Below are positions 7,019 through 14,593 of a stretch of 26,786 nucleotides of DNA, one piece after another. The notes under the pieces are model-generated. The model searched no databases. It was not told the DNA's origin and saw only the letters and a program-made list of their open reading frames with translations. The position numbers and the translations under genes are program-made. Source of the DNA: a candidate division WOR-3 bacterium (GTDB lineage: Bacteria; Hydrothermota; Tepidihabitantia; Tepidihabitantales; Tepidihabitantaceae). The stretch covers positions 1 to 26,786 of the forward strand of contig CBFGJX010000027.1 of the NCBI GenBank assembly GCA_965649225.1, read 5' to 3'. Positions within the stretch are counted from its first letter, which is position 1; each line of letters begins with the position of its first letter.

Positions 7019-9208
7019 TTGCTGCTGACAACTCTTGCCCTGCTGTTCCAGCTGTCGGCGCCAGCCGATTCCGGCGCTGATGTTGTCAATTACGGCGCCC
7101 GCCGGGTGATCTTCCTCGCCCGGACAGAGGAAGTATTGATGCTGGACTCCGCCTGGGTGCGTTACCGACAGATGGAGGTCTTCGCCGATTCCATTCACTA
7201 CGATGTCCGGCGTCACCGACTGAGCGCCAGCGGCGACGTGTTGTTCAGTTCCGGCACCGAGAATATTACCGGTGTCTTTCTCAGCTACGACATCGATACC
7301 AGAAAGGGCATGATGCGCACCGCCCGCACCGCGGTCGAAAACGGCTTCTTCGCTGCCCGGGAAGTCTGGCTGGTCGAAGAACGGGTGCTGAATGCCCGCA
7401 GTGGCGCATTTACAACCTGCGACCGGGAACATCCGCACTACGATTTCTTCAGTCCGCGCGTCAAGCTGGAAATGGACGACGCCGCCTATAGCCAGCCGGT
7501 GCTCTTTCGGATCGGTCGTGTACCAGTGCTGGCCGCGCCCTTCTGGATCGTCCCAGTGGCCAGCAAACGCCGCTCCGGCCTGCTGCCCTTCAAGTTTGGA
7601 TTCGCTCGAGAACAGGGATGGTTCGCCCGGAACCTCGCCTACTATCTGGTTATCAATGACTACTCCGATATCACCTTCTACGGCGACGTAATGACCAAAA
7701 AGGGCATCCAGGGCCGTGCCGATGTTATCTATGACGTTTCGCCGTTTGCCCGCGGTGCACTGACCGCCGCCTACATCCGCGAATGGGACACCGGGCGAAG
7801 ACGCTATTCACTGGTTGGGGAACACACCAGCCGCCGCTTTCTTTTCGACACCGAGATGTCGGCAAAAGTGGACCTGGTCTCTGATACATCGTATCTTCCC
7901 GAATACACTGAAAACCGAATCGAGTGGCTCAAACAGGAAGCTGGCTCTTTCATGTCGGTCAGCCGTCGTCTCGGCGGTTTCGGCCGGCTGACTGCAACCG
8001 CCGAAAGCTACGAGGACTTCATTCGGAACTTCCGCCGTATCGACCTGCCCCGGCTGTCGGCCTCGTTCGGAACTCGTCCACTGGCTGCGGGCTGGACGGC
8101 AACCCCGACATTGACCGCACTCCGACGCTCGACTACCCGGTACGATTCCACCGCCACCGACACTGCCCGAAACGAAGAGCAGCGCATCGCGACATCGGTT
8201 GCCATTGCCGCCCCCCGGTATCAGCTGGGCAACATCGGCACACTGACCGTCAGCAACAATCTGACGGCAGGGGTCAATTCTTCCCGTCGCAGCGGACTGC
8301 AATCGCACGCTGACAGCGTGACCATGCCGCTCGACAATTCGTTCAACATCTACGCCAGCGAACTGGTCGCCGGGGCAATCGACCTGAACCAGGAACTGGC
8401 GGTCAGACACAGCGCTTCGCTTCTTGACTCAATTGGCCCGACCCCCGGCTACTCGGCTTCGATTGGTGCCCGCACTAACCTCTACCGTGTGTTCGACGTC
8501 CGGGCTTTCCGGCTGCAGGGAATACTGCATACCGTTTCGCCCGTCGCTAGTCTCACTTTTTCCCCCAAAACCGCCCGGGGCGGATTTTTCGGCCGTCCCG
8601 ACATCAGACGACCCGATGCCGCCGCGGTGGTATTTCAGGTCGGCAACAGCTTTCAAGGCAGATTCGACTCGCTGCGAAACAAACGCGACCTTGGTCGCAT
8701 TGACTTTGCGGTCGGTTATGATCTGGTCAATGACCGGCTTTCGCCGCTTACCGCCAGCTTCTACCTCACCCCTTTGGCTGACCCGACACTACGGCTCTCA
8801 CTCGACGGTGCAGTCGGATTTGACTTTGAGTCTCGGCGGTTTCGCCGCGACCCGGCTGTCGCAACAAGCTTCAGCTACAACCGCATCGTCCAGACGCCCA
8901 CCCACCCACGCGGATTCGAACTGTCGTTGCGCCACAGTGTGTCCGGATACGCCCACATGCTCACTGCCACTGCCAGCGTCGCCATCGCCGGCTGGCAACT
9001 CTCGCTGACCGATTTCGGCTACAACATCGCCGAGCGACAGTTCGCCAACTATGGCCTGCGGCTCTGGCGCGACCTGCACTGCTGGGAAGCGATTGCAACC
9101 GTCCAGCGGCTCGGTCGGGGCCTGAGCTGGGATTTCGAACTGCGCATCAAGAAGCTGCCCGACGTTCGAATCGGCAAAGCCACTTTCGGAACGCTGCTGC
9201 CGAAATGA
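7019..9208 (+). CDS. lptD: Putative LPS-assembly outer membrane protein LptD
   Basis: Signal-peptide-like N-terminus; OstA-like beta-jellyroll (ADSIHYD...ASGDV); FTTCDREHPHY; RIGRVPVLAAPF...RRSGLLP; YYLVINDYSD; beta-barrel-like remainder ending RDLHCWE. Confidence 0.8.
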   Translation: MLLTTLALLFQLSAPADSGADVVNYGARRVIFLARTEEVLMLDSAWVRYRQMEVFADSIHYDVRRHRLSASGDVLFSSGTENITGVFLSYDIDTRKGMMRTARTAVENGFFAAREVWLVEERVLNARSGAFTTCDREHPHYDFFSPRVKLEMDDAAYSQPVLFRIGRVPVLAAPFWIVPVASKRRSGLLPFKFGFAREQGWFARNLAYYLVINDYSDITFYGDVMTKKGIQGRADVIYDVSPFARGALTAAYIREWDTGRRRYSLVGEHTSRRFLFDTEMSAKVDLVSDTSYLPEYTENRIEWLKQEAGSFMSVSRRLGGFGRLTATAESYEDFIRNFRRIDLPRLSASFGTRPLAAGWTATPTLTALRRSTTRYDSTATDTARNEEQRIATSVAIAAPRYQLGNIGTLTVSNNLTAGVNSSRRSGLQSHADSVTMPLDNSFNIYASELVAGAIDLNQELAVRHSASLLDSIGPTPGYSASIGARTNLYRVFDVRAFRLQGILHTVSPVASLTFSPKTARGGFFGRPDIRRPDAAAVVFQVGNSFQGRFDSLRNKRDLGRIDFAVGYDLVNDRLSPLTASFYLTPLADPTLRLSLDGAVGFDFESRRFRRDPAVATSFSYNRIVQTPTHPRGFELSLRHSVSGYAHMLTATASVAIAGWQLSLTDFGYNIAERQFANYGLRLWRDLHCWEAIATVQRLGRGLSWDFELRIKKLPDVRIGKATFGTLLPK

Positions 9209-9825
9209 TCTGGCTGGCCTCAACCTCGCCCCGCCGACGCGAAATCATCCGCGCACTCGGGATTCCCTGTCGCTTCGCGAATCCCGGCAGCGTAGAAACA
9301 GAACTGCTGGTGCGTAAGGAACTCAAACGCAATCCAGTCAAGTTCGCACTTGCCGCCGCTGTCGCCAAAGCCAGGTCAGCTGCAGTTTCAGACCCCGCCG
9401 GTCTCGTCATCGGCGTCGACACCATCGTTGTCATCGACAAGACAATTCTCGGCAAGCCACGCAGTGCTGCCGATGCCCGGGCAATGCTTTCGCTGCTGTC
9501 GGGCCGGACGCACAGAGTAATCTCTGGGCTGGCGGTTTTCCGCCCCATCGACAACCGGATCTGGACCGGTTCGGAGACAAGCCGGGTGGCCTTTCGATTG
9601 ATCCCGCCGGCAGCGTTGTCGGCTTATCTCGCCACTGCCGAACCTTATGACAAGGCTGGCGCTTACGCCATCCAGGGTTGGGCGGCGGAGTTTGTCCGGT
9701 CGGTTCGGGGCTGCTATCTGAATATTGTCGGGCTTCCGGTTAGTCTGCTGCTGGAACTGCTCGAACGGGCCGGCTGGTCATTCGCCAGCAGTCAAGGCCC
9801 ACGGCGGAACGCTCTGATTTCATAG
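9205..9825 (+). CDS. maf: Maf family nucleoside triphosphate pyrophosphatase
   Basis: LASTSPRRREI, KA, VIGVDTIV, ILGKP, LSGRTHRVISG, DKAGAYAIQG, GCYLNIVGLP; ATGA overlap with lptD. Confidence 0.93.
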   Translation: MIWLASTSPRRREIIRALGIPCRFANPGSVETELLVRKELKRNPVKFALAAAVAKARSAAVSDPAGLVIGVDTIVVIDKTILGKPRSAADARAMLSLLSGRTHRVISGLAVFRPIDNRIWTGSETSRVAFRLIPPAALSAYLATAEPYDKAGAYAIQGWAAEFVRSVRGCYLNIVGLPVSLLLELLERAGWSFASSQGPRRNALIS

Positions 9826-10463
9826 GCTGCATCGCTACTGCTGGCCCGGTTGTCAAGAATTATGAAGTGAACCCCGGGATGCAGTAACTGGACCTCGAAC
9901 TCCGCCGCCAGATATGCCAGTCCATCAAGAAGAAACTCCGCCGGTTCTCCGGCCAGCCAGGCGTGGAAGTTGCTGCTGTCGGCGATACGCAACCGCATCG
10001 CTGAGGTGTCGGCGCGCAATCGGCCGAAAAAAGAATACCCCGGACCGACAGTGTCAAACCAGCACACATAATCACCACGCCTGACAGCACCATACCAGTC
10101 GACGATCAATGCCGTGTCAGCGAGTACCCGGACATTGAGCGTCTCGGCATCCAAGCCACCTTGTTCATCGGTCACGGCAACCGAGATTGTGGTCCGCGAA
10201 GACGACTCCGGCGCGAGCCAGAGAACACTGTCACCCCAGTTCCAGAACAGCCTGCCCGCCTCTACCCGCCATTCGTAGAACCACGGCCATCCATCAGGGT
10301 CATAGGCGCGGCAGACATAGTGAACTGCGGCACCGGCGCGGACTGCGGTCGGGCCAACGAGCCCGGTCACGATTGGCGAACGATTGGCCGGTTCTTCGCA
10401 GCCAGCACCAAGCAAAGCCGAAGCTGCCAGGGCCGCGACAAGAACCGGGGATGAACCCGTCAC
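9792..10463 (-). CDS. Hypothetical lipoprotein with PKD/Ig-like domain plus a beta-sandwich domain
   Basis: Hydrophobic signal ending in lipobox-like LGAG|C; NRSP...CRAYDPDG...W.AP...VAVTDEQGG is PKD/Ig-like; GTGA overlap with the upstream gene. Confidence 0.7.
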   Translation of the reverse strand: MTGSSPVLVAALAASALLGAGCEEPANRSPIVTGLVGPTAVRAGAAVHYVCRAYDPDGWPWFYEWRVEAGRLFWNWGDSVLWLAPESSSRTTISVAVTDEQGGLDAETLNVRVLADTALIVDWYGAVRRGDYVCWFDTVGPGYSFFGRLRADTSAMRLRIADSSNFHAWLAGEPAEFLLDGLAYLAAEFEVQLLHPGVHFIILDNRASSSDAAYEIRAFRRGP

Positions 10464-11047
10464 TGCAACCGGGCGCTGTAGTTACCAGCACCCTCAAGCA
10501 CCTTGATCACCAGTCGGCCCGTACCGGGGCCGATAAACTGGAACCGGTTGTCCTTACCTAGTTGAAGCTCCTCGCGCGGTTTACCGGTATTGTCAAGGCT
10601 CTGCAGCACAAAAACTCCGGAACGGGGAACATTGAAATACCAGTTGACCTCGTCAAGCTCAGTGGTGAACACGATTTTCGGGGCAAACAGCGTATCGGCA
10701 TAACTCTGTATGGCGGTCAATGTAGCAGAACCGCCGACGCTGCGACAGCTCCACACCCCGGAGCCGGAGTCCCGGCTGACAACAAGCCGGTGGCGGCCCG
10801 AACCACGCAATTCCAGTGGACCGGACGCCGTCAGGTGCAGGTCAAGAACCTGACTGGTGTCCCGCTGAACGGTCAGATGCAGGCTGGTCCGCGGTGGCAA
10901 GGACAGCCAAAGCTTGGCCCCGGTTTTTGCCGGGACAATCTCCAGCTCATGCTTGCTGGCGGCACCGTCAACCCGGGCGGTGTATTCAAAATCCGCCGCC
11001 AGCAGCAGCAGCGGCATTACAAGCGAAAAGACAATCAGCTTGCTCAT
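10460..11047 (-). CDS. Hypothetical secreted protein with two tandem beta-sandwich repeats
   Basis: ATG with GGAG SD; Sec signal MSKLIVFSLVMPLLLLAA; internal repeat (GSGRHRLVVSRDSGSGVWSCR / GPGTGRLVIKVLEGAGNYSAR). Confidence 0.7.
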   Translation of the reverse strand: MSKLIVFSLVMPLLLLAADFEYTARVDGAASKHELEIVPAKTGAKLWLSLPPRTSLHLTVQRDTSQVLDLHLTASGPLELRGSGRHRLVVSRDSGSGVWSCRSVGGSATLTAIQSYADTLFAPKIVFTTELDEVNWYFNVPRSGVFVLQSLDNTGKPREELQLGKDNRFQFIGPGTGRLVIKVLEGAGNYSARLQ

Positions 11048-11071
11048 GGTTTCTCCAGTTATCCGTTTGAA

Positions 11072-11100
11072 AGTCTAGACCCTGAATGACCCCGGGTCAA
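11072..11100 (-). promoter_or_regulatory. Putative sigma70 promoter for the 11047-9792 two-gene operon
   Basis: Minus strand TTGACC (11100-11095), 17 nt, TAGACT (11077-11072). Confidence 0.6.
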
Positions 11101-11128
11101 GCCGCTGGCAGCTTGTTGAACATTGACA

Positions 11129-11491
11129 TCAGACCAGCATGTTATCCAGCCGCATGATTGACCACGCCGGTATCACTCTGGCACATTCAATATCAACGGC
11201 AGATGCTGGAACCTCGGGTGCCGGAAGATTCTTGTAGGGCACCGGCGGTATCTCAACCGGTGGCAGGGGGAGGCCGTTCGCCTTGGCACCATCAGTGTAA
11301 CCCAGAACCCGCCCCATCCGGTCCAGCACCAGGTTGTTTACGAAAAATCCCCGGTGCTCGCCCCGACTGTCATAGATTGTCTTACCCACCAGAAATCCCC
11401 GTGGCTTGCCCAGAAAATCGTACAACACCCCACCGCAGACTCGGTACACCGCCCTCCCGTAGCGGTTATACAACACTGTTTCGTTAAACAT
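11129..11491 (-). CDS. 4-fold beta-flower family protein (function unknown)
   Basis: Four short repeats LYNRYGRAVY / LYDFLGKPRGF / IYDSRGEHRGF / VLDRMGRVLGY, then a Pro-rich tail and WS, matching my recollection of the beta-flower family. ATG 11491 with GAAAGGAAG SD. Confidence 0.7.
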   Translation of the reverse strand: MFNETVLYNRYGRAVYRVCGGVLYDFLGKPRGFLVGKTIYDSRGEHRGFFVNNLVLDRMGRVLGYTDGAKANGLPLPPVEIPPVPYKNLPAPEVPASAVDIECARVIPAWSIMRLDNMLV

Positions 11492-11608
11492 GCTCGCAAC
11501 TTCCTTTCTCTCTCGCGCGAAGCCGACGCCCGACAAACCTGCTGTCAGGCCTGTCCACTGCCGAGGATTGTAGTGCTGCTAGACGGCTGGACGTCGGTAA
11601 CCCAAGTA

Positions 11609-11637
11609 ATTATCGCCGGAAAACGGGCTGTTGTCAA
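11609..11637 (-). promoter_or_regulatory. Putative sigma70 promoter for the beta-flower gene (about 110-nt leader)
   Basis: Minus strand TTGACA (11637-11632), 17 nt, GATAAT (11614-11609). Confidence 0.65.
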
Positions 11638-11648
11638 CGAAACCCGGC

Positions 11649-12158
11649 CTAGTCGTCGCTGGTCGGACAGGAACAGGGACCGAGATTGAGGTCGGCCCCA
11701 CACCGGCTGCACCGACCGAGACAATCGGCCCGGCAAACTGGCGCGATCGGCACTGCCAGGTGAATGGCGTCGTGAACGAGCCGGGCAAGATCGATCCGGT
11801 CACCATCATACAGCATCCGATCCAGGTCGTCACTGCTCAGGGCGCGCTCAAGTGCCGCATCCGACTCCGTGTCAAGATACTCCGCCGCAACCGGTTCATC
11901 GAATGCAAGTTCACACACCTTGCCGCAGATTGCGCAATTCAATCGGGCCTGAAATGAAACCCGGCCGGCGAGCATCAGCCGAACACCATCACGCACCAGA
12001 TGGAACTGGACACGAATATCGCCCAGCAGACGCTGAAAAAGCGGATTCTCGGCTACCTCGCACTCTTCAAGCCCGAGCTCAGCCGGGGCCAGCTCATAGC
12101 TGAGATCACTCTCGCCCGGACGGATGGCTGCCAGTGCCAGTAACAACGGACGCTTCAC
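11649..12158 (-). CDS. yceD: DUF177/YceD family protein
   Basis: LNCAICG, IDLARLVHDAIHLAVP, VCRADCLGRCSRCGADLNLGPCSC; GTGA overlap with moxR. Confidence 0.88.
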   Translation of the reverse strand: MKRPLLLALAAIRPGESDLSYELAPAELGLEECEVAENPLFQRLLGDIRVQFHLVRDGVRLMLAGRVSFQARLNCAICGKVCELAFDEPVAAEYLDTESDAALERALSSDDLDRMLYDGDRIDLARLVHDAIHLAVPIAPVCRADCLGRCSRCGADLNLGPCSCPTSDD

Positions 12159-13168
12159 AGCTCTTTGATTAGCCGCCCAACGATATCATCCGGACCGATG
12201 TTCTCTGCCTCGGCGCTGAAATTGGTGACGATTCGGTGTCTCAGCACCGGCCCAGCCATGGCCCGAACGTCATCAATTGTCGGCGTGTAGCGCCCGTCAA
12301 GCATCGCCCGGGTCTTAGCGGCCAGTACCAGATATTGCGACGCCCGCGGCCCAGCACCCCACCCGACCATATCCTTGACGTATGCCGGGCTATTGTCGTT
12401 CTTGGGCCGAGTCGCGCTGACCAAGGCCACTGCATAGTCGACCACCGAATCGGCAACCGGAACCCGTCGCACAAGTCCCTGTAGCCCGACGATCTCCGCT
12501 GCCGACAACACTCGGTCAAGCACCGGGCTGTACGCCGATGTGGTGTTCTTGACAATCTCGCGCTCCTCGGCCGGCGACGGATAACCGACCATGATTGAGA
12601 ACATGAAGCGGTCGAGCTGTGCCTCGGGCAACGGATAGGTCCCCTCAAGCTCAATCGGATTCTGCGTCGCGAGAACTACAAATGGGTCAGGCAGCTGATA
12701 AGTCCGCCCGGCAACTGTTACCCGGTACTCCTGCATTGCCTGCAGCAGTGCAGCCTGAGTCTTCGGAGGCGTGCGATTGATTTCATCGGCCAGTACAATC
12801 GAAGCAAAAACCGGGCCCTCGACAAATCTGAATTCCCGCCTGCCCGTATCGGGCGACTCGTCGATTATGTCGGTACCGGTGATATCTGAAGGCATCAAAT
12901 CCGGCGTGAACTGGATGCGGTTGAACGAAAGGTCCAGCACCTGCGCCAGAGTATTCACCAGCAGAGTTTTCGCCAGACCGGGAACGCCAATCAGGAGTGC
13001 GTGACCTCGCGCCAGCAGACAAATCAACACCTGTTCAATTACGGTCTTCTGGCCGACCACAACCTTGGCTACTTCGGTCTCAATCCGCTGACGGGCAGCT
13101 GCCAGCAGCCGGACCGCTTCAACGTCACTGACCGCAGACACGGACCGCTGGGTCAACTTTTCTTCCAA
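12155..13168 (-). CDS. moxR: MoxR family AAA+ ATPase
   Basis: GHALLIGVPGLAKT, RIQFTPDLMPSDITG, LADEINRTPPKTQAALLQAM, LATQNPIELEGTYPLPEAQLDRF, GAGPRA, VLRHR. Confidence 0.95.
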   Translation of the reverse strand: MEEKLTQRSVSAVSDVEAVRLLAAARQRIETEVAKVVVGQKTVIEQVLICLLARGHALLIGVPGLAKTLLVNTLAQVLDLSFNRIQFTPDLMPSDITGTDIIDESPDTGRREFRFVEGPVFASIVLADEINRTPPKTQAALLQAMQEYRVTVAGRTYQLPDPFVVLATQNPIELEGTYPLPEAQLDRFMFSIMVGYPSPAEEREIVKNTTSAYSPVLDRVLSAAEIVGLQGLVRRVPVADSVVDYAVALVSATRPKNDNSPAYVKDMVGWGAGPRASQYLVLAAKTRAMLDGRYTPTIDDVRAMAGPVLRHRIVTNFSAEAENIGPDDIVGRLIKEL

Positions 13169-13185
13169 ATCAGGTCCCTGGCTGA

Positions 13186-14310
13186 CTAACCGCGTTTACC
13201 CTTGCTCTGGAATTTCTTCATTACCAGCGGCAAAGTCGTATACTCCATCTCGGCAAAACCGAGCCGGTGTGGTTCAAACGGACCGTGACGACGGAGGTAG
13301 TCAGCCGCCTGGTTGGCCTGTTCACGGGCACGGTCAAAAGACGGATCATCAAACATGTCGCGAGGTCCGACAAGCATTCCATCGGCCAGCTGGAAACCAA
13401 GCGCTATCACCCGCGGTGGACCATCGAAACGGGACGGTGTCGCCTGCCGCTGGGCAACGGGCATCAGTGGGCCGAAATGCGAACCACGCATCCAGCCCGC
13501 CGTCAGGTGCGGGAAAGAAAAAGGCTCCAACACTTCACCGACCGCCGGCAACCCCGACTGACAACGTACCATCATGACCGGGTCGTCTTTACCGACATAG
13601 CGGCCCGCGATCAGCGCAAGTTTCTGGGTCGAAGAAACCGCGGCAATCTCACCGTCCTTGCGATAAACAGCCTTGATGACATAGTGTTCAGGAGCGCCAA
13701 TAAACATCAGCAGTTCGTACATGTGTGCCGGGCAGGAAAGTCTGATGTCAGTACCAGCATGTAAATCGTGAACAAGGAAATCAAAGCCATCCTGCATCGA
13801 AGGATCAATCACGAGTCCAATGGTATTGAACGGGTCGGCAAAAATCCGGAACAGCGGCAGATTCCAGGCTCCCGGGGCGCACTTATCACCGCAGAACACT
13901 ATCACCGGTTCGGACTTGCGCTCCTCAAAACTCATCTCGGCCACACCCGGCCCCATCCCACGAACGTTACCCGAAAATGCATCGGCGAGCAAATCCTGAC
14001 CCGCGCCGTAGAGTTTCAGCTTTCTGGCCAGCTCTGTCCCGGCCTCAAACACCTGCCACGCCAGCTGATGGATCGTCTTGCTGTCCGTCCCGAGACGATG
14101 GGTCATTATCAGTTCGAGGTCATCACCGACACTGGCAACATGAAAATCAACCAGTGTTCCGGCCCGCTTTGCCTCCGCCAGCCGCTCGCGAGCGAGTTCA
14201 AGTATCTCAGGATGACTGGCCGAATGACCGACGAAACCTCCGATATCAGCCTTAATGACACTAAGTGTGATCAAATCACGACTCACGCTCTTCCGGCTTT
14301 TTGCTTTCAT
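13186..14310 (-). CDS. fbp: Bifunctional fructose-1,6-bisphosphate aldolase/phosphatase (class V FBPase)
   Basis: ITLSVIKADIGGFVGH, VGDDLELIMTH, LYGAGQDLLADAFSGNVRGMGPG, DPFNT, YVGKDDP, GWMRGSH, RFDGPP, GPFEPHRL, MEYTT; AGAGGAG SD. Confidence 0.96.
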   Translation of the reverse strand: MKAKSRKSVSRDLITLSVIKADIGGFVGHSASHPEILELARERLAEAKRAGTLVDFHVASVGDDLELIMTHRLGTDSKTIHQLAWQVFEAGTELARKLKLYGAGQDLLADAFSGNVRGMGPGVAEMSFEERKSEPVIVFCGDKCAPGAWNLPLFRIFADPFNTIGLVIDPSMQDGFDFLVHDLHAGTDIRLSCPAHMYELLMFIGAPEHYVIKAVYRKDGEIAAVSSTQKLALIAGRYVGKDDPVMMVRCQSGLPAVGEVLEPFSFPHLTAGWMRGSHFGPLMPVAQRQATPSRFDGPPRVIALGFQLADGMLVGPRDMFDDPSFDRAREQANQAADYLRRHGPFEPHRLGFAEMEYTTLPLVMKKFQSKGKRG

Positions 14311-14374
14311 GGCTAGCTCCTCTTATCAAACCTGTTTACTGAAAGGCTTCACTCTGCTCAGACGGCACCCTAAT

Positions 14375-14402
14375 ACCATACCGAATTGGCGGATTAGGTC
14401 AA
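14375..14402 (-). promoter_or_regulatory. Putative sigma70 promoter of the fbp-moxR-yceD operon
   Basis: Minus strand TTGACC (14402-14397), 16 nt, TATGGT (14380-14375). Confidence 0.55.
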
Positions 14403-14452
14403 GGAACTGGAAAGCGAGAACCGGCTGCCAGTCTTTCCACTCACTCGTCGCA

Positions 14453-14480
14453 TTGACATGTTCAGCCGGCATCCTATACT
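14453..14480 (+). promoter_or_regulatory. Strong sigma70-type promoter for the large surface protein gene
   Basis: TTGACA (14453-14458), 16 nt, TATACT (14475-14480); divergent from the fbp promoter. Confidence 0.7.
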
Positions 14481-14593
14481 TCTTTGGGTATCGGAGTATC
14501 GAACCGCAGCGTGTCGATTGACTGACTGTCTATTTAGGGCCGTCAGCATGCGGTTGGTTCTAGCGGTTACGTAAGCAGGTCAAGGAGGCTGTG

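Noticed and set aside
11556..11575. UCCUCG loop reminiscent of the HDV-like ribozyme L3
   Set aside because: Flanking bases cannot form P3, and I could not build the P1/P2 nested pseudoknot.
11492..11648. Possible rpmF (L32) or SRP/6S RNA downstream of yceD
   Set aside because: No MAVPK-like ORF, no SRP GGAA-loop domain IV motif, and too short and branched for a 6S rod.
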